Below, one piece after another: positions 1 to 10,865 of a stretch of 64,000 nt of DNA. Location of the stretch: NCBI GenBank assembly GCA_043228905.1, contig JBHGNT010000020.1, positions 5,146,001 to 5,210,000 of the forward strand. Direction: 5' to 3'. Origin of the DNA: Azolla caroliniana. Its lineage: Eukaryota; Plantae; Polypodiophyta. The number at the start of each line of letters is the position of its first letter. Positions within the stretch are counted from its first letter, which is position 1. Below the pieces are notes generated by a model that searched no databases, had not been told where the DNA came from, and saw only the letters and a program-made list of their open reading frames with translations. A program made the position numbers and the translations under genes.

Positions 1-521
1 GTTCGGTGGTGGCATTGGTACGCGATCGTTCTTTTTCTCGAATTGTTGTTCTGGTGGTGGTGTTTGCGGTTAGCTGTTTTCTCCAACTGTTGGTCCTAGT
101 TTGTCTCATGGCCCGACGGTGTGGGTAATGTTGTTTCTGCTTTTGGTGTCGGTGTATGCTCGGAACCATCTTCCTTTGGATTGTCCGGGGTGTCATGATT
201 GGTTCGATAATTCGACTGCACGTTTTGCTCGCTGTCTGATTCTGACTCAAAGTTGGAAAAGGCTTCCGATTCTCTAGCGCCTATGGCGAGGGTTTGCAAT
301 ATCAATTCTCCTTTTTGTAAACTACTCAGGCTACCGCCTTCGTCAATATATTGTTGGTTCTGCAACCGATGTGACTCCTCCGTGTCCCGCCGAATAGTTT
401 TGGGAAAAGACCGGTCCTGTCGGATCTCCTTGGCTGCCTGCTGGTAGGCCTCCTGCCTCCGCAGTCTCTCGGCTAGTCTTCTTTCTTGTTTGGCGACGGG
501 GTCATTTGTCGGTTTAGTCAT
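1..521 (-). pseudogene. gag: N-terminus of gag of a Gypsy-A-related element (runs off the window start)
   Basis: ORF 96..521 (MTKPTNDPVAKQERRLAERLRRQEAYQQAAKEIRQDRSF..EAFSNFESESDSE) aligns by eye with the gag start at 10866 (MSRSTHDLV..LAERQRRREAFQQAAQEIRADRSF..EAFSAYESDSEGE); preceded by a PBS and LTR on the - strand. Confidence 0.85.
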
Positions 522-553
522 CCATTCCCCGATGTTTACTGCGCTCTGCAGGA

Positions 554-566
554 ATCGTGGTCGCCA
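554..566 (-). promoter_or_regulatory. Primer binding site, tRNA-Arg type (TGGCGACCACGAT)
   Basis: Reverse complement reads LTR-CAGTTT-TGGCGACCACGATTCCTG, the same PBS as at 10820; plant tRNA-Arg 3' ends in GTGGTCGCCA. Confidence 0.8.
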
Positions 567-572
567 AAACTG

Positions 573-1149
573 TGCTAATCTTGGGCTGGAGTAGCCACTA
601 ACATAGGGTGTCCTTCTGGATCACTTCACCAAAGGGGTGGTTACGGGGTTAATGCTTTTGACACAATTATAACTTTTTCCAACTAATTCCGGATTGGCTC
701 CAGATTAACAACATACACAAATTGATTACACGCATAAGATAATACAGCAAGGAAAGAATAGAAAGTAAGTAGATACACAATAATCTTAAAGACAACTTTA
801 CTTATATTAATTCCGCCCCTTAATACATCGTTCTTCGGATCGTTTTATAGGCATCTGGTTCTGTTTACAAAACGGTGCCATATTGGCCACCAGTTACTAA
901 TAAGTCCGGATCCGGATCGGTGCAACTCTTCGGGATCCGTTCATTCCTATTTTAATTCTAGCTAATTAATAACTAATACTAATAACTTAAATTCCGCTTC
1001 TGACTTGTGCCCCACTTGTCTTTCATATTCCGGCCACCGGCCAATAGGTACCCACGAAAGTCACAGACCAAGAGGAGGCCAATAAACAATGGTCGTTTCA
1101 CGAATAATTGATAGTATGGCAATAACCGGCGCCACAAAGACCAACGACA
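573..1149 (-). mobile_element. 5' LTR of the Gypsy-A-related element (outer end approximate)
   Basis: Shares blocks with LTR 9917-10352 (GCACCGTTTTGTAA, CCTTTGGTGAAGTG, GACACCCT) on the - strand and abuts the PBS. Confidence 0.6.
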
Positions 1150-1289
1150 TAGAGAAGACACTAGAGCTGGCAATTGCCGATTTCTGCCTCTCAAGGATTC
1201 GAGGGACGATCGACGATCCAGGTAGACATCATTGTATAACCCTCGCCCAAAGAATGAACTTGTTCATCTACCCCCGCCACCACAAGCAG

Positions 1290-1351
1290 AACAAGGGGAA
1301 ACTAGCATAATTGATGGTGGTTTCAGATTCAACGTGATCAGTGAAGCTACT
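1290..1351 (+). pseudogene. Gypsy aspartic protease fragment split by the Copia-A insertion (continues about 7108-7150)
   Basis: Rejoined across the TSD it reads SIIDGGFRFNVISEAT|CQRLRFTQWEAC, matching VIDGGSGVNVISLRTCDDLGIHEWEPC at about 13100. Confidence 0.7.
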
Positions 1352-2166
1352 TATTGGGAGACAGGTCCCTCTGGATGGGAAGTGAGAAGATCAGTGACGA
1401 TGAACAAACTCGGCCGAGGCCGATAGGCTGAGGCCGAAACCGTATGAGGAGGGACCCGGCTACGGAGAGCCGGATGGTGCAGGCCCGGTATGAACCGGAT
1501 GAGGAGTACCCGGTTACGGAGAGCCGGATGGTGCAGGCCCAGTATGAACCAGATGAGGAGTACCCGGTTACGGAGAGCCGGATGGTGCAGGCCCGGTATG
1601 AACCGGATGAGGAGTACCCGGCTACGGAGAGCCGGATAGTGCAGGCCCGGTATGAACCGGATGAGGAGTACCCGGCTACGGAGAGCCGGATGGTGCAGGC
1701 CCGGTATGAACCGGAGGAAGAGACATATTCGTAAATATGTTTCTGAGAGCCCATTGTGGCTATATTTGTTAATAGCCGAAAAGTCATATTAGTATAAATG
1801 ACTTAGGGCAAACTAATAGATTGTTGTTAATTTTCTTGTTGGTGCAAGAAGAAGAGAGAGTGCGCAACTGTATAGAGAGAGAGAGAGAGACGAGGTCGTT
1901 GCCTCTGTTGAAACCGCCGCCTGTGGCGAAGATCGTGAGCACGAGGTCGTTGCCTCCGTGAACTCACTTTTTTGTACATTCTTACATAGTGACAGTTTGC
2001 AGCCCGTGGGCTGCCGTGGTTTTTCTCCTAGTTTGGGGTTTTCCACGTAAACCTCATGTGTATTTGTCTTCCTCTTTGTGTCGTGTTCTATTTCCCGTTT
2101 TCTGTGTATGAAAAGAATCTCGGTTGTGGCCGAGCGTTGCGCATAAGGAACGTTGGGTTCCCGTCA
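1352..2166 (+). repeat. Copia-A 5' LTR (815 bp; starts TA rather than TG)
   Basis: Direct repeat of 6340-7102; ends CCCGTCA just before the PBS. Confidence 0.95.
1454..1717 (+). repeat. 54-bp tandem repeat x5 in U3 (x4 in the 3' LTR, about 6443-6652)
   Basis: Unit CCCGGCTACGGAGAGCCGGATGGTGCAGGCCCGGTATGAACCGGATGAGGAGTA. Confidence 0.95.
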
Positions 2167-2168
2167 AG

Positions 2169-2180
2169 TGGTATCAGAGC
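2169..2180 (+). promoter_or_regulatory. PBS, tRNA-iMet (TGGTATCAGAGC)
   Basis: Canonical motif 2 nt after the LTR end. Confidence 0.97.
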
Positions 2181-2200
2181 AAGGTTCGAAACAAAAAAAA

Positions 2201-5200
2201 ATGGACGAATCGTTTGGCGGCATGTTCAAGCTCACCGGCTCCAACTATTCAGTGTGGAAGTCGAAGATGAGGGACATGCTCGTGGTTAAGGACCTCTGGC
2301 TGCCGGTTCAGTTCGGGGACAAGAGACCGGACAAAATCAACGCCGCGATATGGGAGGTGATGCACATGAAGACAACGACGTACATACGGTGCTTCATCGA
2401 CATGAGCCTATACAACAACTTCAATGAAGAGAGCAAGGCTCATGAGCTCTGGGAGAAGATCAACATAATGTTTCAGAACAAAAATGTTGTCAATCAGGTG
2501 TCGGTATTCCGGAAGCTAGTAAGACTCCGGTACCAAGATGGCTCCAGCATGGCGGAGCACATGAATGCCTTCCAGGGGCTGATCCACCAGGCTACTTCAT
2601 TGGAAGTACCTCTCGCCGATGAGGTACTAGCGCTACTCCTGCTCGGTTCCCTCCCAAATAGCTGGGAGACGTTGGTTGTCACTTTGGGCAACGCCGGGCC
2701 GGAAGGAAAACGGTTATCCCTAGCAAGAGTAAAGTCGAGTTTGTTAGATGAGGAGGCGCGTCGGAAAGACAAAGATACGAGCTCTGACTCCAAAGCGCTT
2801 CTTACCGAATCGGAACGCGGAAGACAGAGAAACCGTAGTCCCCAGAACCGGGAGAAGTCGGGGACACGGTCAAAGTCAAGGGGAAGGCCTACTTGCTTCT
2901 ATTGCGGCAAGCTGGGACACTTCCAAAAGAACTGTCGGCATTTCCGTAAAGACAAGGAAACCGACGGTACCGATTCGAAGCAATCCCCGGACCGGAACGG
3001 TAAAGACCGAAACGGTAAAGACCGGAGGGGCTAGACCAGAAGGGAACGACGACAATCGCGGCAAGTGAAGAAGAGTAGTTGATGCTCATCACCGAGGAGT
3101 GTGAGATAAACCTTGCCGGCGACGAGATGACCTGGGTGGTAGACTCCGGAGCGTCGTTCCACCTTACCCCGGACCGGAAATGCTTCTCATCCTATTCAGC
3201 CGGTGATCACGGCCGTGTTCGGATGGGGAATGAAGGAACATGCCGAATTGTCGGCATAGGAGACGTGTGGCTGACAACACCAACCGGATGCAAGTTGCTG
3301 CTGAAGGATGTCCGACACGTTCCGGAAGTTCGTCTGAACCTGATATCAGCCGGTCGGCTAGATGATGAAGGCTACACGGGTAGCATCCGGAACGGTGTCA
3401 TGAAGTTCAGCAAAGGGAGCCTGATTGTGGCTCGGGCCCGGAAGGTAAACACATTGTACCTGATGAATGGTCGGTTATGTCCAGAAGAAGTGAACGTGGC
3501 ATCCGACACTGCCGGTGAGCTGTGGCACAAGAGGCTGTGTCATATGAGCGAGAAGGGGATGAAGAGGCTTGCAGACGACAACCTCATTCCAATGAAGAAC
3601 GAAGTGAATGTGGCATCCGACACTACCGGTGAGTTGTGGCACAAGAGGCTGTGTCATATGAGCGAGAAGGGGATGAAGAGGCTTGCAGACGACAACCTCA
3701 TTCCAATGAAGAACGTGCACTTAGAGAAGTGCACTGATTGTCTGGCCGGTAAGCAGAACCAGACCTCCTTCCGACCAAGGCCACCGATAAGACGTAATGC
3801 ACCACTGGAGTTGGTGCATACGGATGTATGTCAGGTAGACACGAAGTCACATGCCGGAGCGCAGTACTTCGTGACGTTCATAGATGACCACAGCCGGAAG
3901 CTGTGGGCCACACTGTTGAAGACGAAGGATCAGGTGTTATCCGTCTTCAAAGAGCTCCACGCAAGAGTGGAAAGAGAAACCGGCCGGAAGCTGAAGGCGG
4001 TTCGAGCAGATAACGGAGGAGAGTACCGGGGGCAGTTCGAGGATTACTGCCGCTCGAAGGGAATCCGACTCGAATTACCGTGCCGAAGACGCCGGAACTA
4101 AACGGACTGGCCGAGAGGATGAACCGGACCATAATGGAGAGGGTCCGGAGTATGCTAGCGACATATGTGATTAATAGATCACCCTCAGTACCCTTGGACG
4201 GAGACACGCCACAGAGAGTGTGGACTGGTAAGGAAGTATCCTACCGGCATCTGAAGGTGTTCGGGTGTCTCGCGTACGTGCATGTAGCTAAGGACCGGAG
4301 AGGAAAGCTAGATCCAAAGACCCGGCCATGCATATTCCTCGGTTACGGTGACGATGAGTTCGGCTACCGAGTGTGGGACCCGATCGACAAGAAGGTATTC
4401 CGGAGTTGAGATATTATCTTCATGGAGAACAAGACGCTCTCCGACTGGGAGTCGGAGAAGAAGATAATGAACTCCGAGTCGACCGGTAAGAATAGACTCT
4501 ACGATGAGCAGACCCAACCGGCAAGAGACCGGTTAGCACTCGAGGAACCAACCGGTTACGGTGAGGATACCAAACCGGCAGAAGAAGAGGTAGAGGAAGC
4601 TGAGACCGGAACCGGCCAAGACCCCGAATCGGATTCGGATGAAGAGCAAATGGAGGAGCTGGTTACCGAAGCCCGAAGACGGAGATATCCTCTCAGAGAG
4701 AGAAGGGCGCCCTGGAGATTTCCGGATGCAGAGCATGTTCTGCTGACCGATGAGGGCGAGCCGGAAAGCTTCGAAGAAGCGAAGGAAGAAACCCACAACC
4801 GAAAATGGTTAAGTGCCATGCAGGATGAGATGGATTCCCTGCATGAGAACCATACATACGAATTGGTGGAGTTGCCGAAAGGAAAGCGGGCACTCCGAAA
4901 CAAGTGGGTGTACAAGTTGAAACCGGGAGATGCCGGCAACCCCCCGAGATACAAAGCCAGGATCGTGGTGAAGGGGTTCCAGCAGAAGACGGGCGTGGAC
5001 TTCGACGAGATATTTGCCCCGGTAGTAAAGATGACCTCCATCCGGACGGTGCTGAGTATAGCATCAAGCATGGACCTCGAGGTAGAGCAGCTGGACGTGA
5101 AGACGGCATTCCTTCACGGCGACCTCGAAGAGGAGATCTACATGCAGCAACCGGAAGGATTTGTGGAGAAAGGGAAGGAGCACCTGGTATGCCGGTTGAA

Positions 5201-6329
5201 GAAGAGCTTGTACGGACTGAAGCAGGCTCCCCGGCAATGGTACCGGAAGTTCGACTCCTTTATGACCGATCAAGGGTACCACAAGACGCAGGCCGATCAC
5301 TGCGTGTTTGTGAAGAAGTTCGAAGGAGGGGACTTCCTGATACTCCTCCTGTACGTGGATGACATGTTGATTGTCGGACGTGACCAAGTCAAAATACGGA
5401 TGCTGAAGAAGGCTCTAAACCGAACCTTCTCAATGAAAGACTTGGGTCCGGCAAGACAGATGTTGGGGATGTACATCATTCGGGACCGGTTAAAGAAGCA
5501 ATTATGGCTGTCACAGGAGAAGTACGTGACAAAGGTGCTTCACCGGTTCAACATGCCAGAAGCGAAACCGGTCAGATCGACACTTCCGGCAAACTGCAGG
5601 CTATCCGGTAAGCAAAGCCCGAAGACGAAAGCAGAGAAGGAGGATATGATGAAGATCCCATATGCCTCTGCCGTCGGGAGCTTGATGTACGCAATGGTTT
5701 GTACCCGAGCGGACATTGGATACGCAGTCGGAGTGGTGAGCTGGTTTATGAGCAACCCCGGCAAGGAGCACTGGAACGCGGTCAAGTGGATACTCCGGTA
5801 TTTGAAGGGCACTTCAAATATGTGTCTCCGATTCGGCTCCGGAAAACCTCAACTGGACGGTTTCACCGATTCGGACATGTCGGCTAATGTGGATACCAGC
5901 CGGTCTACATCTGGGTATGTGATGACATATGCAGGGGGAGCTGTTTCGTGGCAGTCGAGGCTGCAGAAGACGGTTGCATTGTCAACCACAGAGGCGGAGT
6001 ACATGGCGGCTGTGGAAGCCGGCAAGGAAATATTATGGATGAAGGACTTCATCGGAGAGCTCGGTATCCGGCAAGAGGAATACCGACTCCACTGCGACAG
6101 TCAAAGTGCCATCCACCTTGCTAAGAATGCGGCCTACCATTCCCGGACGAAGCATATCCAGCGGAGGTATCACTGGATCCGGGAAAGAATAGATGACCAG
6201 GAGTTCGCAATGACGAAGATCCACACGGCCAAGAACGGCTCAGATATGCTGACCAAAGTGCTGACACCCGACAAGCTGGACGCATGCCGGAAGAGGATCG
6301 GACTGGTAAGACACCCCATGCCGGAGTGA
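2201..6329 (+). pseudogene. gag-pol: Copia-A gag-pol polyprotein, disrupted
   Basis: CFYCGKLGHFQKNC knuckle; WVVDSGAS protease; LWHKRLCH..CTDC, VHTDVC, DNGGEY integrase; QLDVKTAFLHG, YGLKQAPRQW, LYVDDML RT; TKHIQRRYH RNase H. Frameshifts near 3030 and 4075, stops at 3076 and 4407. Confidence 0.95.
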
Positions 6330-6339
6330 AGGGGGAGTT

Positions 6340-7102
6340 TGTTGGGAGACAGATCCCTCCGGATGGGAAGTGAGAAGATCAGTGACGATGAACAAACTCG
6401 CCCGAGGCCGATAGGCTGAGGCCAAAACCGTATGAGGAGGGACCCGGCTACAGAGAGCCGGATGGTGCAGGCCCGGTATGAACCGGATGAGGAGTACCCG
6501 GTTACGGAGAGTCGGATGGTGCAGGCCCGGTATGAACCGGATGAGGAGTACCCGGCTACGGAGAGCCGGATGGTGCAGGCCCGGTATGAACCGGATGAGA
6601 AGTACCTGGCTACGGAGAGCGGGATGGTGCAGGCCCGGTATGAACCGGAGGAAGAGACATATTTGTAAATATGTTTCTGAGAGCCCATTGTGGCTATATT
6701 TGTAAATAGCCGAAAAGTCATATTAGTATAAATATGACTTAGGGCAAACTAATAGATTGTTGTTAATTTTCTTGTTGGTGCAAGAAGAAGAGAGAGTGCG
6801 CAACTGTATAGAGAGAGAGAGAGAGACGAGGTTGTTGCCTCTGTTGAAACCGCCGCATGTGGCGAAGATCGTGAGCACGAGGTCATTGCCTCCGTGAACT
6901 CACTGTTTTGTACATTCTTACATAGTGACAGTTTGCAGCCCGTGGGCTGCCGTGGTTTTTCCCCTTGTTTGGGGTTTTCCACGTAAACCTGCTGTGTATT
7001 TGTCTTCCTCTTTGTGTCGTGTTCTATTTCCCGTTTTCTGTGTATGAAAAGAATCTCGGTTGTGGCCGAGCGTTGCGCATAAGGAACGTTGGGTTCCCGT
7101 CA
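6340..7102 (+). repeat. Copia-A 3' LTR (763 bp), preceded by PPT GAAGGGGGAG (6328-6337)
   Basis: TGTTGGG..CCGTCA; one 54-bp unit shorter than the 5' LTR. Confidence 0.96.
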
Positions 7103-7825
7103 CTACTTGCCAACGACTCAGGTTTACTCAATGGGAAGCTTGTGTTGTAGTTGTTGGTATATCCATTTGGGCTCTCTCTCTCTCTCTCTCTACCAACAGT
7201 GGCATTTGGGGAAATAAGAGATATCTAAGGAGTAATGGCTTCAACCCGTACATTCCACATTGGCATCTGGGGAAATAAGAGATATCTAAGGAGTAATACA
7301 GAGGTGAGAAAATTGGGTTCCAAATCTAAGATGTAATGCTAGTAATGTAAACTGTGAGGAAATTGGGTTTTGAACCCAAGATGTAGTGTTGTTAGTGTAA
7401 ATGGCTTACCACTAGGGTAAGCTAATTACGATAAAAAGAGAGAGAGATGCTCAAAGAATACTATGTTGCATTAACCTTTTTCGAACTCCTTTAGAAGGTA
7501 AGTAACCTACTTATATAGTTAGGTTAACAATGTGTTCAAAATAGAGATACAATGTGGGTGGAGTGGGACATTTATCACAAAAAACATCCCCACAAAAGGA
7601 TTACTCGGTCTACATACAATGATATGGGGTTATCTCCCCCATAAGCTTAAATTACAATTTAAATTTAAACTATAATGTATGTGACAAGCTAATTGGCTAG
7701 TGGCTTTCTGATGGATCATTGATCACTTTTCTGTTCCTTCGCACTTAACTACATCTTCAGTCTTTGGGCTGACTGGTTCCTTCGACTTCGCCTATTCGAC
7801 TTGTATGGCAGTGCCGTTCTTTCAC

Positions 7826-8830
7826 TTACCTTTTGCTTCGTCTCACCTCAATATGCTTCGTCTTAGCATGGTATACCGGATTCTTGACGAGGTGTATTGC
7901 GCTTTGTGAGTCACAATAGAGGGTTGGCGCCGGATGGTCGATTCGACCTTTGTAGAAAAAGTAGCCAATAATCAATTGAGCCAAGTGGCTTCCCTTAGCT
8001 GCTTCCGATGAGGCTATGTACTCGACCTCTGCTGTCAAGAGTTCTGTGTAATCTTGTAACTCTGACCTCCATGATATGGCACCATCGCCATAGGTGAAGA
8101 CATAACTTGATGTTGACTTTTGATTGTCTGAATTGCCAACGTAGTCGAAGTCTATGAAGCCTGTGCAGCCAAGTGGCTTCCCTTAGCTGCTTCCGATGAG
8201 GCTATGTACTCGGCCTCTGCTGTCAAGAGTTCTGTGTAATCTTGTAACTCCAACCTCCATGATATGGCACCACCGCCATAGGTGAAGATGTAACTTGATG
8301 TTGACTTCTGATTGTCCAAATTGCCGACGTAGTCGAAGTCTATGAAGCCTTGGACTTCAGTGAGATTATCCGATCTGAATGTCAGCGGTAGGTCTTCGGT
8401 GCCTCATAGGTACTGGAGTATATTCTTTACAATCTCCCAGTGCTTTCGTCCAGGTTTTGACATGTACCGGTTGACAACCCCTACGACATAAGGAAGGTCT
8501 GATCGGGTCGCCACCATTACGTACATGAGACTTCCTACGGCCGATGCATAGGGTATTCTGCTCATGAGCTTTCTCTCCTCTTCTGTGGATGGATAGTCTG
8601 CGTTCGATAGTCGGAGTGACGTCGAGAGTAGTGTTGGAGAAGGATTTGAGTTCTCCATAATGAAGCACCTCAGCACATTTCGGATGTAGTCGGACTAGGA
8701 GAGTCAGAGAGTTTCTGTCTATCGATTTCATTCGATCCTCATACCTAGTATATGTCAGGCTCATCCGAGTTCCTTCATCGCAAATTTCTCGTGAAGGCTC
8801 GGCTTTGTGCTCCCTAATTGTCGATTTCAT
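7826..8830 (-). pseudogene. Degenerate Copia RT/RNase H fragment containing a 188-bp tandem duplication
   Basis: IPYASAVGSLMY..HWEIVKNILQYL; LYCDSQSAIHLVKNPVYHAKTKHIEV; duplicate copies start at 7979 and 8167. Confidence 0.9.
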
Positions 8831-9916
8831 AAAGCAGGCTCAAGCCTCCTCTTTTATAGCACAAGGGGAGACCGTTACAGCGTGATCGGGGTCAGAGAAT
8901 CCCCCTTCCCCTGATTTCTTTCTATGCGTGTAGGACTTTAAAGTACTTCATTAAATCCTACTACCTAGTACTTACTAGTCCTATACTATTTACATTATGT
9001 TTGTACATAATACTTGATTTGTGTGCATCGGTGCACACACCTGCTCGCGTGCACTTGGTTCCGTTTCTCTCTATGGCCGGAATCCTTCACGACATCCACT
9101 CCCACCAAACCGCACATCCTCTGGCATGTGCCAAGTAGTGTAGCGGTGGAGATTCCGGCTAGCCTTTACTCGTCTTCTCCCGATCTGTCGTTGGTCCGGT
9201 CCTCATCTGATCCTCGCTTCCGCCGACCTCTCGGTCTTCGATCTCCGGGTTTAGTTCCATTTCGTGTCGTTTCTTGAAGGCGTTTATCCTTTTCCCCCAA
9301 CCGGTACTACCATCTTCGTCCCATCGAGCTCTGCAAGGTGATATGTGGTGTTGTTGTTGGCGCTTGTCACCATGTATGGCTTGAACCACCTCGTCGCAAA
9401 CTTCCGGGTCGACCAATGGTGGTTATCCAGGTTACTGCCATAGACCAGCACCTAATCGCCCTCCTCGATCTTCTTCGTCTAGAGTCAGTGTGTCTGGTCG
9501 AACCGGCCCCTGTTCTTCTTCCGTGCTTCCTCCATCCTTGGCGTCGCTCGCTCGACGTCCTCCGGTCTTTGTTCGAACTGTCAGATCCACATCGCCAAGA
9601 ACTCTTCCCGGCTCATCTCCCCCGACCAGTCGACTACCCCATTAGCATGATCGGTTTCTGTCCGAACATAAGCTCGGCTAGCATGTATCTGGTCACTGAA
9701 CTGTGCGTAGTTCAGTTGGCCCAAAGGGCATAAGGAAGTAGTCTCGGCCAATTATCGACTCGTCCGTCACACGCGTGCATCAATGCTTTCACAATCGGCC
9801 CGTGCCCGCGCTCGACTTTCCCATTGGCCTCCAGATTGTACGTTGTGCTGAGGGAAAGCTTGACCCCTAATCGGTTGAATAGCTCCTCAACTTCCTGTGC
9901 ATCCAGCTCCCCTCGG
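8831..9916 (-). mobile_element. 3' part of a Gypsy-B element: integrase C-half, PPT and truncated 3' LTR (9094 down to about 8831); upstream part at 20093-20270
   Basis: Rejoined integrase reads VICRYGCVCKIVANR|GELDAQEVEELFNRLGVKL..ANGKVERGHGPIVKAL; PPT GGTGGGAGTGGA then TGTCGTG; TATA-like GCTATAAAAG near 8855. Confidence 0.88.
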
Positions 9917-10352
9917 TGTTACCGGCCGGCAAAGGAGTCCAGAGTGGGAAACGGAGAGTTAATTAAGTAGTAGGAATGTGGTTGTAATTAAGCTATGAGT
10001 GTGGACAGACGGACCGGAAACGGTATGCCGTTCCGGATCCGGACCGATCCCGAACAGGTGCGGATAGCACCGTTTTGTAATACAGACCGGAAACCTATTT
10101 AAAGGCCCAGATACAATGTAATAGTTAGCGGTTAATTAATGAAAGCTTAAGCGTTGTTATCTCTCTGTGTTAATTGCCATTCTGTCTTAATTGTTATATC
10201 TTACGTGTGTGTTATGAAAGACGATCCTAATAAGTAACTTAATTAAGTCGGATTAAGCGTTGAAGTCTAATCCGGTTGCCGTAACACCCTTTGGTGAAGT
10301 GTTTCCCGTAGACACCCTGTGTTAGGCCATTGTCTGGCCCGAAGAGTTAACA
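9917..10352 (+). repeat. Gypsy-A LTR1 (436 bp)
   Basis: TGTTACC..GTTAACA, near-identical to the other two copies. Confidence 0.96.
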
Positions 10353-10359
10353 CAGTTTT

Positions 10360-10377
10360 TGGCGACCACGATGGGAT
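10360..10377 (+). promoter_or_regulatory. 18-nt PBS / tRNA-Arg copy between LTR1 and LTR2 (TGGCGACCACGATGGGAT)
   Basis: Follows LTR1 after the usual CAGTTTT spacer; diverges from the family PBS after nt 13. Confidence 0.8.
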
Positions 10378-10378
10378 G

Positions 10379-10812
10379 TGTTACCGGCCGGCAAAGGAGT
10401 CCAGAGTGAGAAACGGAGTTAATTAAGTAGTAGGAATGTGGTTGTAATTAAGCTATGAGTGTGGACGGACGGACCGGAAACGGTATGCCGTTCCGGATCC
10501 GGACCGATCCCGAACAGGTGCGGATGGCACCGTTTTGTAATACAGACCGGAAACCTATTTAAAGGCCCGGATACAATGTAATAGTTAGCGGTTAATTAAT
10601 GAAATCTTAAGTGTTGTTATCTCTCTGTGTTAATTGCCGTTCTGTCTTAATTGTTATATCTTACGCGTGTGTTATGAAAGACGATCCTAATAAGTAACTT
10701 AATTAGGTCGGATTAAGCGTTGAAGTCTAATCCGGTTGCTGTAACACCCTTTGGTGAAGTGTCTCCCGTAGACACCCTGTGTTAGGCCATTGTCCGGCCC
10801 GAAGAGTTAACA
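10379..10812 (+). repeat. Gypsy-A LTR2 (434 bp), followed by PBS TGGCGACCACGAT (10820-10832)
   Basis: Tandem copy of LTR1 with a 2-bp deletion and several private substitutions. Confidence 0.96.
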
Positions 10813-10865
10813 CAGTTTTTGGCGACCACGATTCCTGTTTTTGCAGCGAACGACGACACGGATGG

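Larger units (their letters stand above)
1352..7102 (+). mobile_element. Full-length Ty1/Copia LTR retrotransposon (Copia-A), 5-bp TSD CTACT
   Basis: Two LTRs, iMet PBS, gag-PR-INT-RT-RH order, PPT; CTACT at 1347-1351 and 7103-7107. Confidence 0.97.

Noticed and set aside
1444-1734. Repeat-peptide ORFs (ESRMVQARYEPDEEYP) on both strands, and a possible CRISPR-like array
   Set aside because: By-product of a 54-bp (multiple of 3) LTR repeat; no unique spacers, no cas genes, eukaryotic context, and the peptide is not kept in the related LTR at 40372
7979-8350. 188-bp duplication as a functional feature
   Set aside because: Frame-breaking duplication within an already dead RNase H fragment
10360-10377. 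tRNA gene
   Set aside because: Only 18 nt complementary to a tRNA 3' end including CCA; no cloverleaf or A/B boxes
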